Shown: positions 28,656 through 42,361, counted from the first letter of the stretch. The stretch: 64,000 bases of DNA from Octopus sinensis (GCF_006345805.1 NC_043001.1:12090001-12154000); one strand, 5' to 3'. The notes: a model not told the origin generated them from the sequence alone. Made by a program: numbers and translations.

Positions 28656-29160
28656 CTATTGCTGTCTATGTCACATAATATCCAGGGAGGTAAGTGGCGT
28701 GTAATAACTAAAAACATGGTAAATAATATGAAAAATATATAAATGTTTCGGAAAAGAAGCTAGAAGGCGGTGCAGCAGCATTGCCTCAGCTTCTGTCTGA
28801 AACCCTTGAAAGATAAAAGATAAAATATGAAGAATAATTCCGCGAAAAAGTGATAATTGCTTTTACAACGAAATACATAGACGTAATGTATATTGCTTCT
28901 TTTATTTAAATTTAGATGCTGAAACCTAAAACAATCCCGAATTATGTTGATTATAATGGTGATATTTATCATATGCTGATTTTGGTATAGAAGGGTTGGT
29001 GCAAAATTCACCCGACAATATATCAAAATTCCATAGTTATTATCTGTTATTCCGTATTGACTCGAATGGAAAAATGTGTCGCTCAAGGACTTCAGTTTGA
29101 ACAATTTCCATGATGTTTCATATTTAGATGCTTTTATGTAATTCATTCAGTTGTTAAACA

Positions 29161-29570
29161 GGATGGCCTGTGTGGTAAGTAGCTTGCTTACCAACCACAT
29201 GGTTCCGGGTTCAGTCCTACTGCGTGGTATCTTGGGCAAGTGTCTTCTACTATAGACTCGGGCCGATCAAAGCCTTGTGAGTGGATTTGGTAGACGGAAA
29301 TTGAAAGAAGCCCGTCGTATATATGTATATATGTATGTGTGTGTGTGTATATGCTTGTGTGTCTGTGTTTGTCCCCCCACCATCGATTGGCAACCGATGA
29401 TGGTGTGTTTACATCCCCGTAACTTAGCCGTTCGGCTAAAAGTGACCGATAGAACAAGTACTAGTCTTACAAAGAATAAGTTCTGAGGTCGATTTGCTCG
29501 ACTAAAAGGCGGTGCCCCAGCATGGCCACAGTCAAATGACTGAAACAAGTAAAAGGGTAAAAAGAGTAAA
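29161..29570 (+). mobile_element. SINE family A
   Basis: A/B-box-like head, tail GGCGGTGCCCCAGCATGGCCACAGTCAAATGACTGAAAC. Confidence 0.9.
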
Positions 29571-30502
29571 TCTTGGAATTAAATAGTTTTGACTTACTGT
29601 CAGGTAACGTCTGCTGAAGACTGTATAGAAAATGGCGTATTGTCATGTTCTAATTTTATGTGTTACGACTTGAGTATGATTACTTTCCAATATATATCTG
29701 TCTTGTATAAAGAGGCATTATGGTGCTACGCAGACTGTATACACCAGCTGCAATGATGTGTTGAGGAATCTCTCAATAGCGTTCTGCTTCAATATGTTTC
29801 CTCCTGTCTCTACATGTTTTGGCTACTTACACTTCACAGACAATCGACATCTGAAATTTAAATTTCCTTCTCGTGTATTTGAAAGCTTAAATTCAATAGT
29901 TTTGTTTGTATGCAAGAATTTCAATTGAATTGTTTACAAAGAGTTTCATTGCTTGGTTTAATTATGAAAGACCTCAACATTCTGGTCTTTCAAAGCAATG
30001 AAATCAATTTCAAACGAATTGTTAGCTTTTATCTCCACTTGAGACACACGGCAAAGGTGGTATTCCAGAGGTTTCCTTCTTTTAAGTTGCTAAGTATTTA
30101 GGAAAGAAGCACTTCAGATATACGCCAATTTCCTGGAAGCGTTTATAACTTAATTGAACCAGCAGACTGACTGGACGTTCAGCTATGTTTGGTTTGACAT
30201 TGTAACATTCTTTACCTTAATGACTATACATCATTATTTAGAAATGATTAAATTCTGTGCCTGATAATTGATGGAAATACTTAGATTTCATTGAAGTACA
30301 AAGCTTATCAAAATAACTGCCCCCATTGGGTTTGGAAGACGTTCAATCAAGGATATAAATGAAAGCAAATACTTGCATACTATATTGAGAATAAATGAAG
30401 ACTAATGGATTAATACAATTTGAGTGGTTACTAGAGCAACTGATAAATAATAATGATTTTAGTTCAACGTTTTAAAAGAGAATATACCGCTGCGATCTGG
30501 CG

Positions 30503-30529
<27 letters not shown>

Positions 30530-30533
<4 letters not shown>

Positions 30534-30741
30534 GTCCCGGGTTGAGTCGGGGTTAACCACAGTAAATAAGGTACTCAATACATAGCAGAGTAAATTAATT
30601 TATTTATTTTATAGAAGGAGCTTCTACAGGACTAGAACTGTTTCATTCAAAAGAAATCATCAGGAAGCTTCCTGATGATTTCTTTTGAATGAAACAGTTC
30701 TAGTCCTGTAGAAGCTCCTTCTATAAAATAAATAAATTAAT
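30530..30741. mobile_element. Head-to-head hammerhead element in (TA)n with a perfect 148-bp palindrome (30594-30741)
   Basis: Centre AAGCTT at 30665-30670; arms identical by eye. Confidence 0.9.
30666..30716 (+). ncRNA. Type I hammerhead ribozyme (mirror copy at 30619-30669 on -)
   Basis: AGCTTC-CTGATGA-t TTC tttt GAA t-GAAACAG ttctagtc CTGTA-GAAGCT; GUA cleavage after 30710. Confidence 0.88.
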
Positions 30742-31804
30742 ATATATATATACATAACTAAAAGGAAAAAATACCTTTTCAGATTTGTCCCTTCGTACAG
30801 TTTGATAGAATGAGTGGTATATAAAATATTCCATAATTATAATAGGTGTAATTCGAAAATATATCATTCGGCTTAAGTCTGAATATGCATTCCATCAGAT
30901 TATGCAGTTTGTATCCCTGGATATTTCGTTTCTTTCCAAACCTAATTTCCAAATCTTTACACTTGGGTTAATAAATATCCCATAAGAGATTCAATAATTC
31001 CGGTTTGCACTGACAAATGATAATGTTAATGTATATTTACTGGATATTCTCTATTGCATCAAGAATACTGACGGAAATCTATTTAAAACAAACTTTGAAA
31101 TATATTTACACATTTGCAATACAAAAGATAAAATTGGCATCGATTTTCGAAAGAGATTTTCATCCATTATTCTTTTGTTGGCTGTCATCTAGGTAGAAAA
31201 AGAGACTTCCTTCAGCCGTCTGAAGTAATGAACAAAGATTGGAAAAAAAATCTTTGAACAGCGAAATCATTCATATTGCCTTCAGCTCTGTTTGAGTGAC
31301 AGTGTTTCCTAAAGGAAAATCTATTTGAATGATATACAGGAGGATAACATAAAATGCTTTTACTACAGAACTCAAAGCTGAAAATATAAAAAAAGTATTT
31401 AAAATAATGAAGTGTAAACAGGATAATCAAAATATCATATGGAAAATATGTGCGTGTGTGTGTATTTGTGTGCGTGTGTTTAAGAATAAAATGTTATTTC
31501 TAAATTCCACAGGCATGTGCAGATACACAAACTTACACACGTATATAAACATACACGTACAGTAACACGTACTGTAACACGTACAGCCGGCCCAATCACC
31601 TATAAATACGAGTCAAGGCACGGGAAAGAATCTGAGCAAATCAAGCAAATGCCCATTCATGGACATTTCCAGTCTCTATGCCGCAGGCTTTGTCTAAGAC
31701 AATGGTCACCGACGAAGGCCGCTAGTGCTCAAAACCCGTTGTGTTGCAAGCGTTTTTATTTTCTTGTCCTCTATCCTGAGTATGTATGTACGTATGCATG
31801 AATA

Positions 31805-32053
31805 TATTACGTTATATAATTAGGGTTCAGTAAAATAATTTACTATATCACACACTGAACTTTTAGAAATAGCAGCCAAAAAACCTCCGCTATTTCTTCT
31901 ACTATAAGAAAAATCTCCCAGACAATGTATACTCAAAAATAATTCACGCAGGTATGGAGGGAAAAAAAACAACAGATCACGTGTACATTAAGATTACTTA
32001 AGATTACCACTACTTGGTAAAATTAATTAATAATTAATTGATTTTACCCTTTT
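31805..32053. mobile_element. Diverged relative of the 542-bp monomer, also inverted internally
   Basis: TTATATAA..AGTAAAATAATTTACT..CTGAAC..TAGAAATAGCAGC followed by the opposite-orientation ACTTGGTAAAATTAATTAATAATTAATT..CCCT. Confidence 0.65.
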
Positions 32054-32304
32054 ATTATTGATATGTATGTATATATGTAGGCATGTATTTATGATTGCAT
32101 TTAAGTATGCATGCATGCATGTCTGTATGTGTGTCTGTGTGTATGTACATACTACCGTATCTACACATTATATTAGCACCATTGATTCTGTCTTGAAATT
32201 AGACGAATGTTATACGTGTTTGTGGAATACTCGGCTATTACGGGTTTGTGAAAATAGGTAATGTCTTTGATTAAACATCTGATATACCAAAGTGGATACT
32301 CTTT

Positions 32305-32720
32305 AATCTTTTACTCTTTTACTTCTTTCAGTCATTTTGACTGCCGCTATGCTGGAGCACCGCCTTTAATCGAGCAACTCGACCCTGGAACTTATTCTTT
32401 GTAAGCCCAGTACTTATTCTATCGGTCTCTTTTGCCGAACCGCTAAGTGACGGGGACGTAAACACACCAGCATCGGTTGTCAAGCAATGCTAGTTGGATA
32501 AACACAGACACACAAACATATACACACACATACATACATATATATATACATATATACGACAGGCTTCTTTCAGTTTCCGTCTACCAAATCCACTCACAAA
32601 GCTTTGGTCGGCCCGGGGCTATAGCAGAAGACACTTTCCCAAGATGCCACGCAGTGGGACTGAACCCGGAACCATGTGGTTGGTTAGCAAGCTACTTACC
32701 ACACAGCCACTCCTGCGCCT
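32305..32720 (-). mobile_element. SINE family A, full length
   Basis: Head GCAGGAGTGGCTGTGTGGTAAG; (GTAAAAGA)n tail. Confidence 0.9.
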
Positions 32721-33189
32721 ATATGACGAAAATTTAGCACGAACACGCACACACCTTATCTAAAGCACAACGCGAATCAGCTGAGTGTAGTAAAAAAAAG
32801 AAATAGCAGTAAGTACTACGGATTGTATAGTGTAATTGTCGAGTGATATTGCTCTTGAGGTTGGAAATTCAGTTTTCGAATATGAAAGAACAGTTTCGAC
32901 CATGCGTTAACTCAACTAATCTTATTTGACCTTTCTGAATGTGTCGAATAAAAGTAAGTATCAGAGAACGATAGGTAATGGTCATATCTGAGTGATCCTG
33001 ATTGTGATTGGTTGCTGACAGAGATGGGGATAGGGAGGGGGGGACAGAACAATATTACATTTGGGGAAAAATCTATATATACAAGGGAATCTATGAGAAA
33101 GAAAGAAATCAGTGTTCGTATCTATCGATAGTCACAATCTCGTTGACTTACTGTGTGGAGTTAATTCTTCTAGCCTGATTTTGAACGTG

Positions 33190-33580
33190 GTTTAGTGGAG
33201 TCTGTATTGTTGTACGGGTCTGAGACTTGGATACTGACCAAGATACTTTGTCAGATTGTGGATTGGTGCTACACGAGTATGCTGAAGGTGGCTCTGAACG
33301 TTAATCAGTATACACTGGGAATGAAGAATTCAGAGCTGTACGAGAGCCTCCCAAAATAAAACAGAGGAGCCTGAGATTAGCTGGAGATGTTCTCTGTCAT
33401 TCAGAGTTGATATTTCACTCCGTGCTCCTGTGGGATCGCCTTCATGGACACACGAGAAGCAGGTGACCGGGGATAAGATATTTTGATGACCTAAGGGCAG
33501 ACACTCGTCTCTGGGAGACGCAGGTCATGGCAGTGATGAAGAACAAGGACCAGTGGAGAGAACTCGTCCATAGATCTCGG
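33190..33580 (+). mobile_element. RTE-like LINE 3' fragment
   Basis: VESVLLYGSETWILTK..YTSMLKVALNV..LRLAG..LLW..MKNKDQWRELV. Confidence 0.85.
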
Positions 33581-33614
33581 GAATTTTACCTGCCCCACAT
33601 AGATATATTAGTGT

Positions 33615-33915
33615 TCTGGGGATTCGGCTCACGATGATGTGGTTGCGAATTCGATAACCGGCAACGACGGGTGTTGTTGACCAAGAAATTTTATTTCACA
33701 TGGATTTAATTCACATGGCTGCCAAAAATGTGTAGTACTTGTAAATCAAAAGGTCAGTCTTGACACACTCTTTGTCACGCTGAATCTATCTGAGAAATAC
33801 GTTAACGATACACGTGTCACTGGTGTACTCAGCATTTGTAAGTTAATTTCCCGATCAGGCTGTTCTGTTGAGCGGATCAAGTGGAACACTCGTTGTTGTA
33901 ACTGACGGAGTGCCG
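33615..33915 (+). mobile_element. Diverged SINE family C/D
   Basis: Tail GTCACGCTGAATC..GTAACTGACGGAGTG. Confidence 0.65.
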
Positions 33916-35084
33916 GTCAAGATTTTGAGCATACTGCTCGAAATATAGAATAAATTATCAGCCAAAAGCTGCTTTCAACGGGCATGGGTATAAAACATGT
34001 TAGCGAGTAGATTGAAAATTCTAATAGAAATACTGTTTATTATATTATTTAATACAAACCAGTTGATGAGTAGAGGTAATAATATATTTGAGACATTAAT
34101 TAGTAATTATGGGAACAGATAATATAAACCAAAATCTAAATCTTGTATAGTAACACGAAAGTTATGAATTTTATGATTATCGTTGAAGGTAATGGATAGA
34201 ATAAAGTTATGGGAAAATTTATGTAAATCTTTCATAGTATGTCCCAATCATGATTTAGACAAAGCCGGTGCAATAAGAAGAACATCATCTTGATGAAAAC
34301 CATCCATAATATTCGGAAAATGTTCGCTGAGGTGATGAAGAAGGAATAGGCCAACCAATTCAGAGACTTGTTCAGAGTCCAATAATCATATTGTCACATC
34401 AATATACTCGTTATTGGATGTTATACACTGTTTTACTGGTAAAAGAGATAAGGATTTTTCTAGCAGTTAAAATTACGTCAAATTCTAAAGGAAAGAATTG
34501 CATAAGTTTCCTAACTAAAATGAAGGCTTTGCTTAAAGAGAAAGAGAAAGAGAAAAGAAAAATATTTATTAATATCGAACTATAAGAAATGAAATTGGAT
34601 TTATTTTGGAGGAGATAAACCATTCAAATACCACATTTCTATTAGAGTAAAGATCGATTTTATCCTTAACAATTGGTGCAATTCTATTCAAAATATTCTT
34701 ACTATTACTAGCGAAGTCGGATGTATGTATGTGTCTATGCACATAGCTTCACGCCAAACATTAAATTATTTCCAATGTTTGAAAATGTAGATTGTTACCG
34801 CGCCAGTGTCATTTCTTCCGACTTCACATTCCCAGTTCAAATGATGTCGGGGTCGACTTTGCTGTTTGTCCTTTCTAATTCGAAAAAAAAGTATTAGTTG
34901 AACACTGGGGTTTTAGGTAATCGAATGAATGTTACGTTTTATATTTATTTAAATGCTATTAATGACGTTTAACTTGCTTTTTTTTTTCACATCGATTTTT
35001 ATTAATCAACTAAAAAGTATCATTATGTTAACGAATTTTCAAGTAACATATTTTACAAGCAGATTTAATACTTCACTTCTATCT

Positions 35085-35683
35085 TTAAGAGAGGAGGAAT
35101 TATGTACCTTTTTTGCAATTGACGGATATTTCTCCTCATCTTGTTTGTAGCACAACGTTTCGGCTGATATATCCTCCGGCCTTATTCAGTTATCTTGGGG
35201 AAACTTCAAACCCGGGTATTTATCGAAGCTATTATTATTATTATTATTCAGGTTACTGCCTGGAATCGAACTCGGAATCTTGTGATTACTAGCTCGCGCT
35301 CTTAACCACTACGCCATATTCCCGTGGGGAAATTATCAAGTAAATATTTAGGTCTTATAAATGTAATATTCTCCTATCCTTCCTTAATACCTATTTCTTT
35401 ACTACCCACAAGGGGCTAAACACAGAGAGAACAAATAAGGATAAACAAACGGATTAAGTCGATTATATCGACCCAGTGCGGAATTTGAACTCAGAACGTA
35501 ACGGCAGACGAAATACGGCTACACATTTTGCCCAGCGTGCTAACGTTTCTGCCGGCTCGCCGCCTTAATATCCTTCCTTAATACCGGTTCCCATATGCTA
35601 TTCATATCTGTCCCCGGTCTGCTTAGGAGGTTGTTCTGTCCTAGCATATGTGCTGCTTCTTTTAGTTTTCGTATCATCTAGTG
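35085..35683 (-). mobile_element. PLE 3' fragment: GIY-YIG C-terminus, tRNA-like segment (35251-35323), (AAT)n, degenerate HHR (35151-35193); interrupted by SINE B (35386-35567)
   Basis: IRKLKEAAHMLGQNNLLSRPGTDMNSIWEPVLRKD; A box TGGCGTAGTGG, B box GTTCGATTCC; SINE TSD TATCCTTCCTTAATA. Confidence 0.7.
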
Positions 35684-36099
35684 GAAATGTAGATTTAATA
35701 CTTATGGTCATTGACAAAATCCATTGTTATAGGTTTTGTATATCTAGTTGACCGAAAAATTCCTCAAATCCAAAAGAATGAACCTGGGACCTATTACGAT
35801 TGAACCTCACAACTTTATTTAATTTATACAAAGGAAACGTAATTCAGTTCACATGTCCTCCTACAAATTGTCAAAGTAATATGAGCAAGGAAATCAACTC
35901 ACACAGATATGGCAGGGTGGTGTATTTCCGAATGTTAGCAATATGTTGGACTTTGCTAAAGATTGTACTTCTAGAAACAAATACCCCAAAACCGAATGTC
36001 GTATTACATTCTGTGATATAATATGGATAATGCATGGCTGTATAAGTTTGATATCTTCCTGGCTCCCGCTTTCTCGATAATCATTAAAAGTCAAAGAAA

Positions 36100-36502
36100 A
36101 GTGGCTGTGTTGTAAGTAGCTTGCTAACCAATCACATGGTTCTGGGTTCAGTCCCACTGCGTGGCATCTTGGGCAAGTGTCTTCTACTATAGCCCCGGGC
36201 CGACCAATGCCTTGTGAGTGGATTTGGTAGACGGAAACTGAAAGAAGCCTGTCGTATATATGTATATATATATGTATGTGTATGTGTGTTTGTGTGTCTG
36301 TGTTTGCCCCCTTTAGCATTGCTTGACAACCGATGCTGGTGTGTTTACGTCCCCGTCACTTAGCGGTTCGGCAAAAGAGACCGATAGAATAAGTACTGGG
36401 CTTACAAAGGATAAGTCCCGGGGTCGATTTGCTCGACTAAAGGAGGTGCTCCAGCATGGCCGCAGTCAAATGACTGAAACGAGTAAAAGAGTAAAAGAGT
36501 AA
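36100..36502 (+). mobile_element. SINE family A
   Basis: Near-identical to other A copies. Confidence 0.9.
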
Positions 36503-36954
36503 AAAAGAGAGAGTAATACAATTTTCACATTGATCTCGTTTCTTAAAGTTAGTAAGAAATGCCAAGCCAGTTCCTATAATCGCTGCGGGACTTTTGAATA
36601 TTGAAGTGTTGAAAAGGTGATAATGGACAAACAACTGATGCCAAGTCAGCAAGGTTCCCAAGGATTGAAAGAGTGTAATGTTAAGTAGAAGTATTTCCCG
36701 TAAACACCTCAATGGATAATGGTTCCACATTTATGATAACGCGGCTGCTATCTTTCCACAAATCACTGCTCGTGATCAGTCAAGTGATTAGCAAGTGGTT
36801 AGTCACTAGATATGTTCTAACGGTTTGAGTTTTTCGCTAAAAGAGTGAGGTCTACTCATCGGAACTTGGTACCGTGTTGCCTTCACACAAACACCCTAAT
36901 CTAACTCGTCTTGATTTTTAACACGCATTCGGCTCAGTCACTAAATCCCGTGAT

Positions 36955-37192
36955 ATACCTATTTATTAACTACCCACAAGGGGCTAAACAGAGAGGGGAC
37001 AAACAAGGACAGACAAACTGATTAAGTCGATTATTTCGACCCCAGTGCGTAACTGGTACTTAGTTCATCGACCCCAACAGGATGAAAGGCAAAGTCGACC
37101 TCGGCGGAATTTGAACTCAGAACGTAACGGCAGACGAAATACGGCTACGTATTTTGCCCGGTGTGCTAACGTTTCTGCCAGCTCGCCGCCTT
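36955..37192 (-). mobile_element. SINE family B
   Basis: Full head, core and tail 1. Confidence 0.9.
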
Positions 37193-38973
37193 AGATATAC
37201 TATTTATTCCTTTCCAGAGTGCAAATCGTCTATAAATCTTGCTCATATGTTTATCTGTAGATTTTCACGTCGATAAAATATTGTACAGAAAAAATTGAGA
37301 GATTGAATCCATTAAATTAGCAGTGTCTGGTGCGTAGTATACATGGATATAACTTAGCATTTCGTAATATATATTAAAAAGAAGAAGTATATATAACGAT
37401 TATACGTATTCTAAATAGCGTTCGCCCTGTTATCTGATGCGACTGTTTCCGTTTATTTATTCGATCAAATCCTTTGCCAACCTTACAATATGTAAGTGAA
37501 TATCTAAGATAGAAATCCGCATCCTAGCTGTATATATAACTTTCCACAACAAATACTATAAAAATTCTTACATTCCTTCAGCACAAGTAGAAAAAAAATT
37601 CTGACTTGATTATTTCCAGCAAGAGCGATTTTCCTTTTACAATGCAAACAAACATAGAGAAAAAATAAAACCTGCTGCAGCTACGGCAACATGATACTGA
37701 TGCTGAGTATAACAACAATGACAAATTGGCCAAGCTTTATATAAGAAAGATTGATCAGGTAAAAATCAATCTTATCTTAAATCTTTCAGAATATACTTAA
37801 ACCATTGTGATTTATATAGCAACATGGAAATCGATAGAAATTTCGCAATGTAACACCTTAAGATGTTGAGGCTTTGCTTTAAATCTGGTTTTATGTTTGC
37901 TTCATCTACACGATCACAGCTCAGTATCTTATATAATGTAGATATAAAGTGAAAGCACGCAATGATGTTAGCAATGATGGTGATGATGTCGACGACGACT
38001 ATACGAAGTTCTTTTATTCGTCCATTTTTCTGCATCTTTTACTACTGTAATACACATCTACAATGCGTTATAAATATATTAAATCGACACAAGTGCTTAG
38101 CTAGAATTTTATTCTACCGAACTTGTATGTTGGCATCGACTGGATTCGAAATTTGAAAGTGAAGATCCGTAGCGAAATTATGACCTGTATTTCCGGATTG
38201 CTCGAACGAGTCTGTCAAACGATGATCATAAATGTAATACTACAACGTCTACCGCCAACAAGGCAGTGAAGCCGACGATGATAATTTCTGGTATTGTTTG
38301 AAGATGTTGGAGAGAATGGCAATACTAAATTAATTCACAAGAAAAGAGCAGAAGTGATACTGAAAATTTCTATCTCAGCCATCACGTACCGACCTACTAA
38401 AAGGAAGATGACGAAGTGGATCGGAGATCACAAGACGCTGCTTTGTAAGAGAAGAATGAATTCGCGGGCAATGCGTGATGATGTCAATGAGAGAGGCACG
38501 CTTGTAAACAGCATGCGGTTTTCATTGTGTGTGGCCAAGAATAATTAATTTAATTAGTTTTATTGAAGATGTCCTTTTTGTTCAATGGAAAACAGCTTTC
38601 ATCCAGCAGATTCTAGAATTCAACGTAAAAAAAATAAAAACTGTATAAAGACAATAGTCGAAACCCAATTATGATGGCACGTACTTAATTCGTATTAACG
38701 ATGATGTCATACGAACAGGAAGAATCTATATGCCGTATTTCATGATAGTAGAGTAGCAATTGGGATAACGATGCTGGTGATCTTGATAAATATTATCATA
38801 ATAATAATAATTATTATGGCAATAATAGTAATATTATTACTATAATAATAAAAGACATGACGGTTGAAATGTTGACGGTCGGAACGAAAATAGTGAAAAT
38901 AGAAGAAAAATAATAATGGTTACAAATATTAGCGCAGGACTAGCAAATTTAAATGCAGGAGGTAAGTCGATTA

Positions 38974-39361
38974 TGGAATGGAAGCACTCCGTCGGTTACG
39001 AGGACGAGGGTTCCGGTTGATCCGATCAACGGAACAGCCTGCTCGTGAAATTAACGTGTAAGTGGCTGAGCATTCCACAGACACGTGTACCCTCAACGTA
39101 GTTCTCGGGGATATTCAGCGTGACACAGTGAGTGACAAGGCCGGCCCTTTGAAATACAAGTACAACAGAAACAGGAAGTAAGAGTGAGAGAAAGTTGTGG
39201 TGAAAGAGTACAGCAGGGATCACCACCATCCCCTGCCGGAGCCTCGTGGAGCTTTAGGTGTTTTCGCTAAATAAACACTCACAACGCCCGGTCTGGGAAT
39301 CGAAACCGCGATCCTATGACCGCGAGTCCGCTCCCCTAACCACTGGGCCATTGCGCCTCCA
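38974..39361 (-). mobile_element. tRNA-derived SINE family C
   Basis: Head TGGAGGCGCAATGGCCCAGTGGTTAGG..TTCGATTCC; TSD TAAGTCGATTAT. Confidence 0.92.
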
Positions 39362-39375
39362 CTAAGTCGATTATA

Positions 39376-39769
39376 TTCTTTTCTATTCTAGGTACAAAGC
39401 CCGTAATGTTTGGAGAGGGGCCAGTCTATTAGATCGACCCTAGTATGCAACTGGTGTTTAAGTTATCGAAATATGAAAGACAAACTTGACCTCTGCGGAA
39501 TTTGATCTCAGAACGTAAAGACAGACGAGATATCTGTTTCTTTATTACCCACACGGGGCTAAACATAGAGGGGGGAAAGACAAGGACAGACAAACGGATT
39601 AAGTCGATTACATCGAACCCAGTGCGTAACTGGTACTTAATTTGTCGACCTTGAAAGGATGAAAGGCAAAGTCGTCCTCGGCGCAATTTGAACTAAGAAC
39701 GTAGCGGCAGACGAAATATCGTTTAGCATTTCGCCCGACGTGCTAACGATTCTGCCACCTCACCGCCTT
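39376..39769 (-). mobile_element. SINE family B dimer (head-core-tail1-core-tail2)
   Basis: Core repeated after tail 1. Confidence 0.8.
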
Positions 39770-39797
39770 ATAAATCGCTTATATTGGCTCCAGTGCT

Positions 39798-40192
39798 TGG
39801 AATGGAATGGAAGCACTCCGTCGGTTCCAACGACGAGGGTTCCGGTTGATCCGATCAACGGAACAGCCTGCTCGTGAAATTAACGTGTAAGTGACTGAGG
39901 ACTCCACAGACACGTGCACCCTTAACGTAGTTCTCGGGGATATTCAGCGTGACACAGAGAGTGACAAGGCCGGCCCTTTGAAATACAGGTACAACAGAAA
40001 CAGGAAGTAAGAGTGAGAGAAAGTTGTGGTGAAAGAGTACAGCAGAGATCGCCACCACCCCCTGCCGGAGCCTCGTGGAGCCTTTTAGGTGTTTTCGCTC
40101 AATAAACACTCACAACGCCCGGTCTGGGAATCGAAACCGCGATCCTACGACCACGAGTCCGCTGCACTAACCATTGGGCCATTGCGCCTCCA
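39798..40192 (-). mobile_element. SINE family C
   Basis: Near-identical to 38974-39361; TSD CTCCAKTGCTT. Confidence 0.92.
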
Positions 40193-42159
40193 CACTCCAT
40201 TGCTTAATCGGTGCATAAAAGAAGAAGTGGATTTCGGCGACATTTCAAATCAGAACGTTAAAAAGCCTGAAGAAACGCTGGCGTGCATTTACACCAGCGT
40301 GGTAATGGTTTTTTTTTTTTTATCTCACCACCTTAATGCTAATAATCATAATCATCATAATGTGAAATTACGAGAAAGAACAATTACTATTGGTGAACCA
40401 AACTGTTTAATCCCTAACCGAAAAGAAGTTAAAATATAATCCCAATAAAACTAAGCGTCGTATATGTTGAAAACGACTTTTGCTAATGAGCACAGGAAGC
40501 GAAAATTTACTCACCAATGTGTAAAAATAAAGATTATAAAGTTACAAAATCCGTAAAAGCAAAAGATAAACAATGAATCCCTCGTATCAAAGTCTGACTC
40601 TAAGTTCTTTCTCTCTCTCTAAAATCTCTTTTTCTGCTTGGCGTCATCGTACTTACCAAACGCATGTAAATTTTAGACACCATTTGAATAAAATTTTTTT
40701 GGAAGCAGCATTTGGCATCTGTATTTTGTAAAGGTTGTCTGGAGTTGTTTATGCCAGCTTTCAAATCACTGGCATTGCTTTTATACTCAGAGCAAGTATA
40801 AAAGGAGATAAAATGTACATAAAGCCTGAACATAATGTTCAGAAAAATTATTTGAGTAAAAAAACAAAAAAAAAAATACTGAAAGAAAATAAAAGAAATC
40901 GAAATGTAAGATAAAGGAATTAAAGAACTCTAGACTTAACGTCGACATGCCAATATTTAAGAATAATGTACTTGAGGCCATAAATATGAAGGAATCTACT
41001 TTTGCTTAATGTTTTGAGTTGCGGATCCCTTATCGTACACTAATATACTCAAAGTTGTTTTCATCTCTCTTGATAGAGGTACAATGTTTAAACGGGTTTC
41101 CGCGCCGGTTTTCATTGGTCTAGCTTAATATTATTTCATAATTACTTTTAAGCCCAAATAGTGGCAAACTGGCAAAATGTTTATCACGCTGCGAAAAAAA
41201 AAAAAACTTTCCGCATTTAATCCGATTATTGGTTCTGCGTTCAAATATCTCCTTGGTAGACTTTCCTTTTCATCATTTTGTGGTCAATGAAATAAACACC
41301 AGTTGAGTATCGGGGTGGATGTAATCGGTCTATCCTCTCACATGAAATTCTTCGACCTCTGAAACCAATTTCAAACCCAAAGCTTTATTCAACAACGAGG
41401 AAAAAAAACGTTGTTGTCATTCAATTTTCGATGCCGCATATATTTTCATATTCTCGCAAGACTCAGCCCACCTCACACGATGACATTTTCAATTGAACTG
41501 CAGCATCATTTGTATACAACACATGCTATAGAAACACCAATCAGTAATAATCAAAGAATATTACAACGTATTGAACACATACTGTATGCAGTGGGTTGCA
41601 AATAGAAGTGTATAAAATGCGATTCATATTTTGGCACAATCCAGGCAATTTTAGAATTGTGATAGTGGAATAAAACGATCTTAGAGCAGGATCGGTTCTT
41701 TATTTGGTCGACACCAGTTGGACGACAAGCTGTGTTGTCCATGACAGGAATTGAATTCAGATGGTAAACGATAGGAAAATATCCCAAAAAGCATTTTTCC
41801 GACGATATAACAATTCAGCCACTGCACTGCATTTGTTTCGAATTTCTTCACACGTTCAAAAATTTTAAGGAAATTTTAAACGACTACATCTATCACTACA
41901 ATAAAGTTTGAAGGGCAAAGATGTCCAAAGCAGGAACTGAAAGAATGCCTCCTATGTCTCTAACAGAGAAGTGGGGAGGAAGAGAGAGGGAGGGAGGGAG
42001 AACGAGAGTGGGAGAGAGAGGGACAGAGAGAGAGAGGGAGAGAGAGAGAGCGCGAGAGAGGTAACAATGTAAATGTATACAAAATTGTACGTCACACATA
42101 GGCACATACATTTTTACAGAGAAAAGTTTGAGACGTGTGTCAGTTTTACAGTTTTGTAG

Positions 42160-42194
<35 letters not shown>

Positions 42195-42197
<3 letters not shown>

Positions 42198-42350
42198 TAG
42201 TTGAAAGTAACAGAAAAACAAAAGACGAAAGCAGATGTATGAGCAACAGGCAGGTGTATTAGTTTGACGCTCGACTAAGTGAGACAGCCTTTTACGTTTC
42301 GAGCGTACGCACTTCAAGAGAAAGAAATACGAGAAAATAATCAGAGAGAC
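42195..42350 (-). mobile_element. Family X element with HHR-like motif (42288-42325)
   Basis: Reverse complement CTTT-CTCTTGAA-GTGC gtac GCTC-GAAACGTA-AAAG; 3' end at (TA)n. Confidence 0.7.
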
Positions 42351-42361
42351 AATAACACACG

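Noticed and set aside
35251-35323. Functional tRNA gene (also the SINE heads)
   Set aside because: Acceptor and anticodon stems are poorly paired; embedded in repeats.
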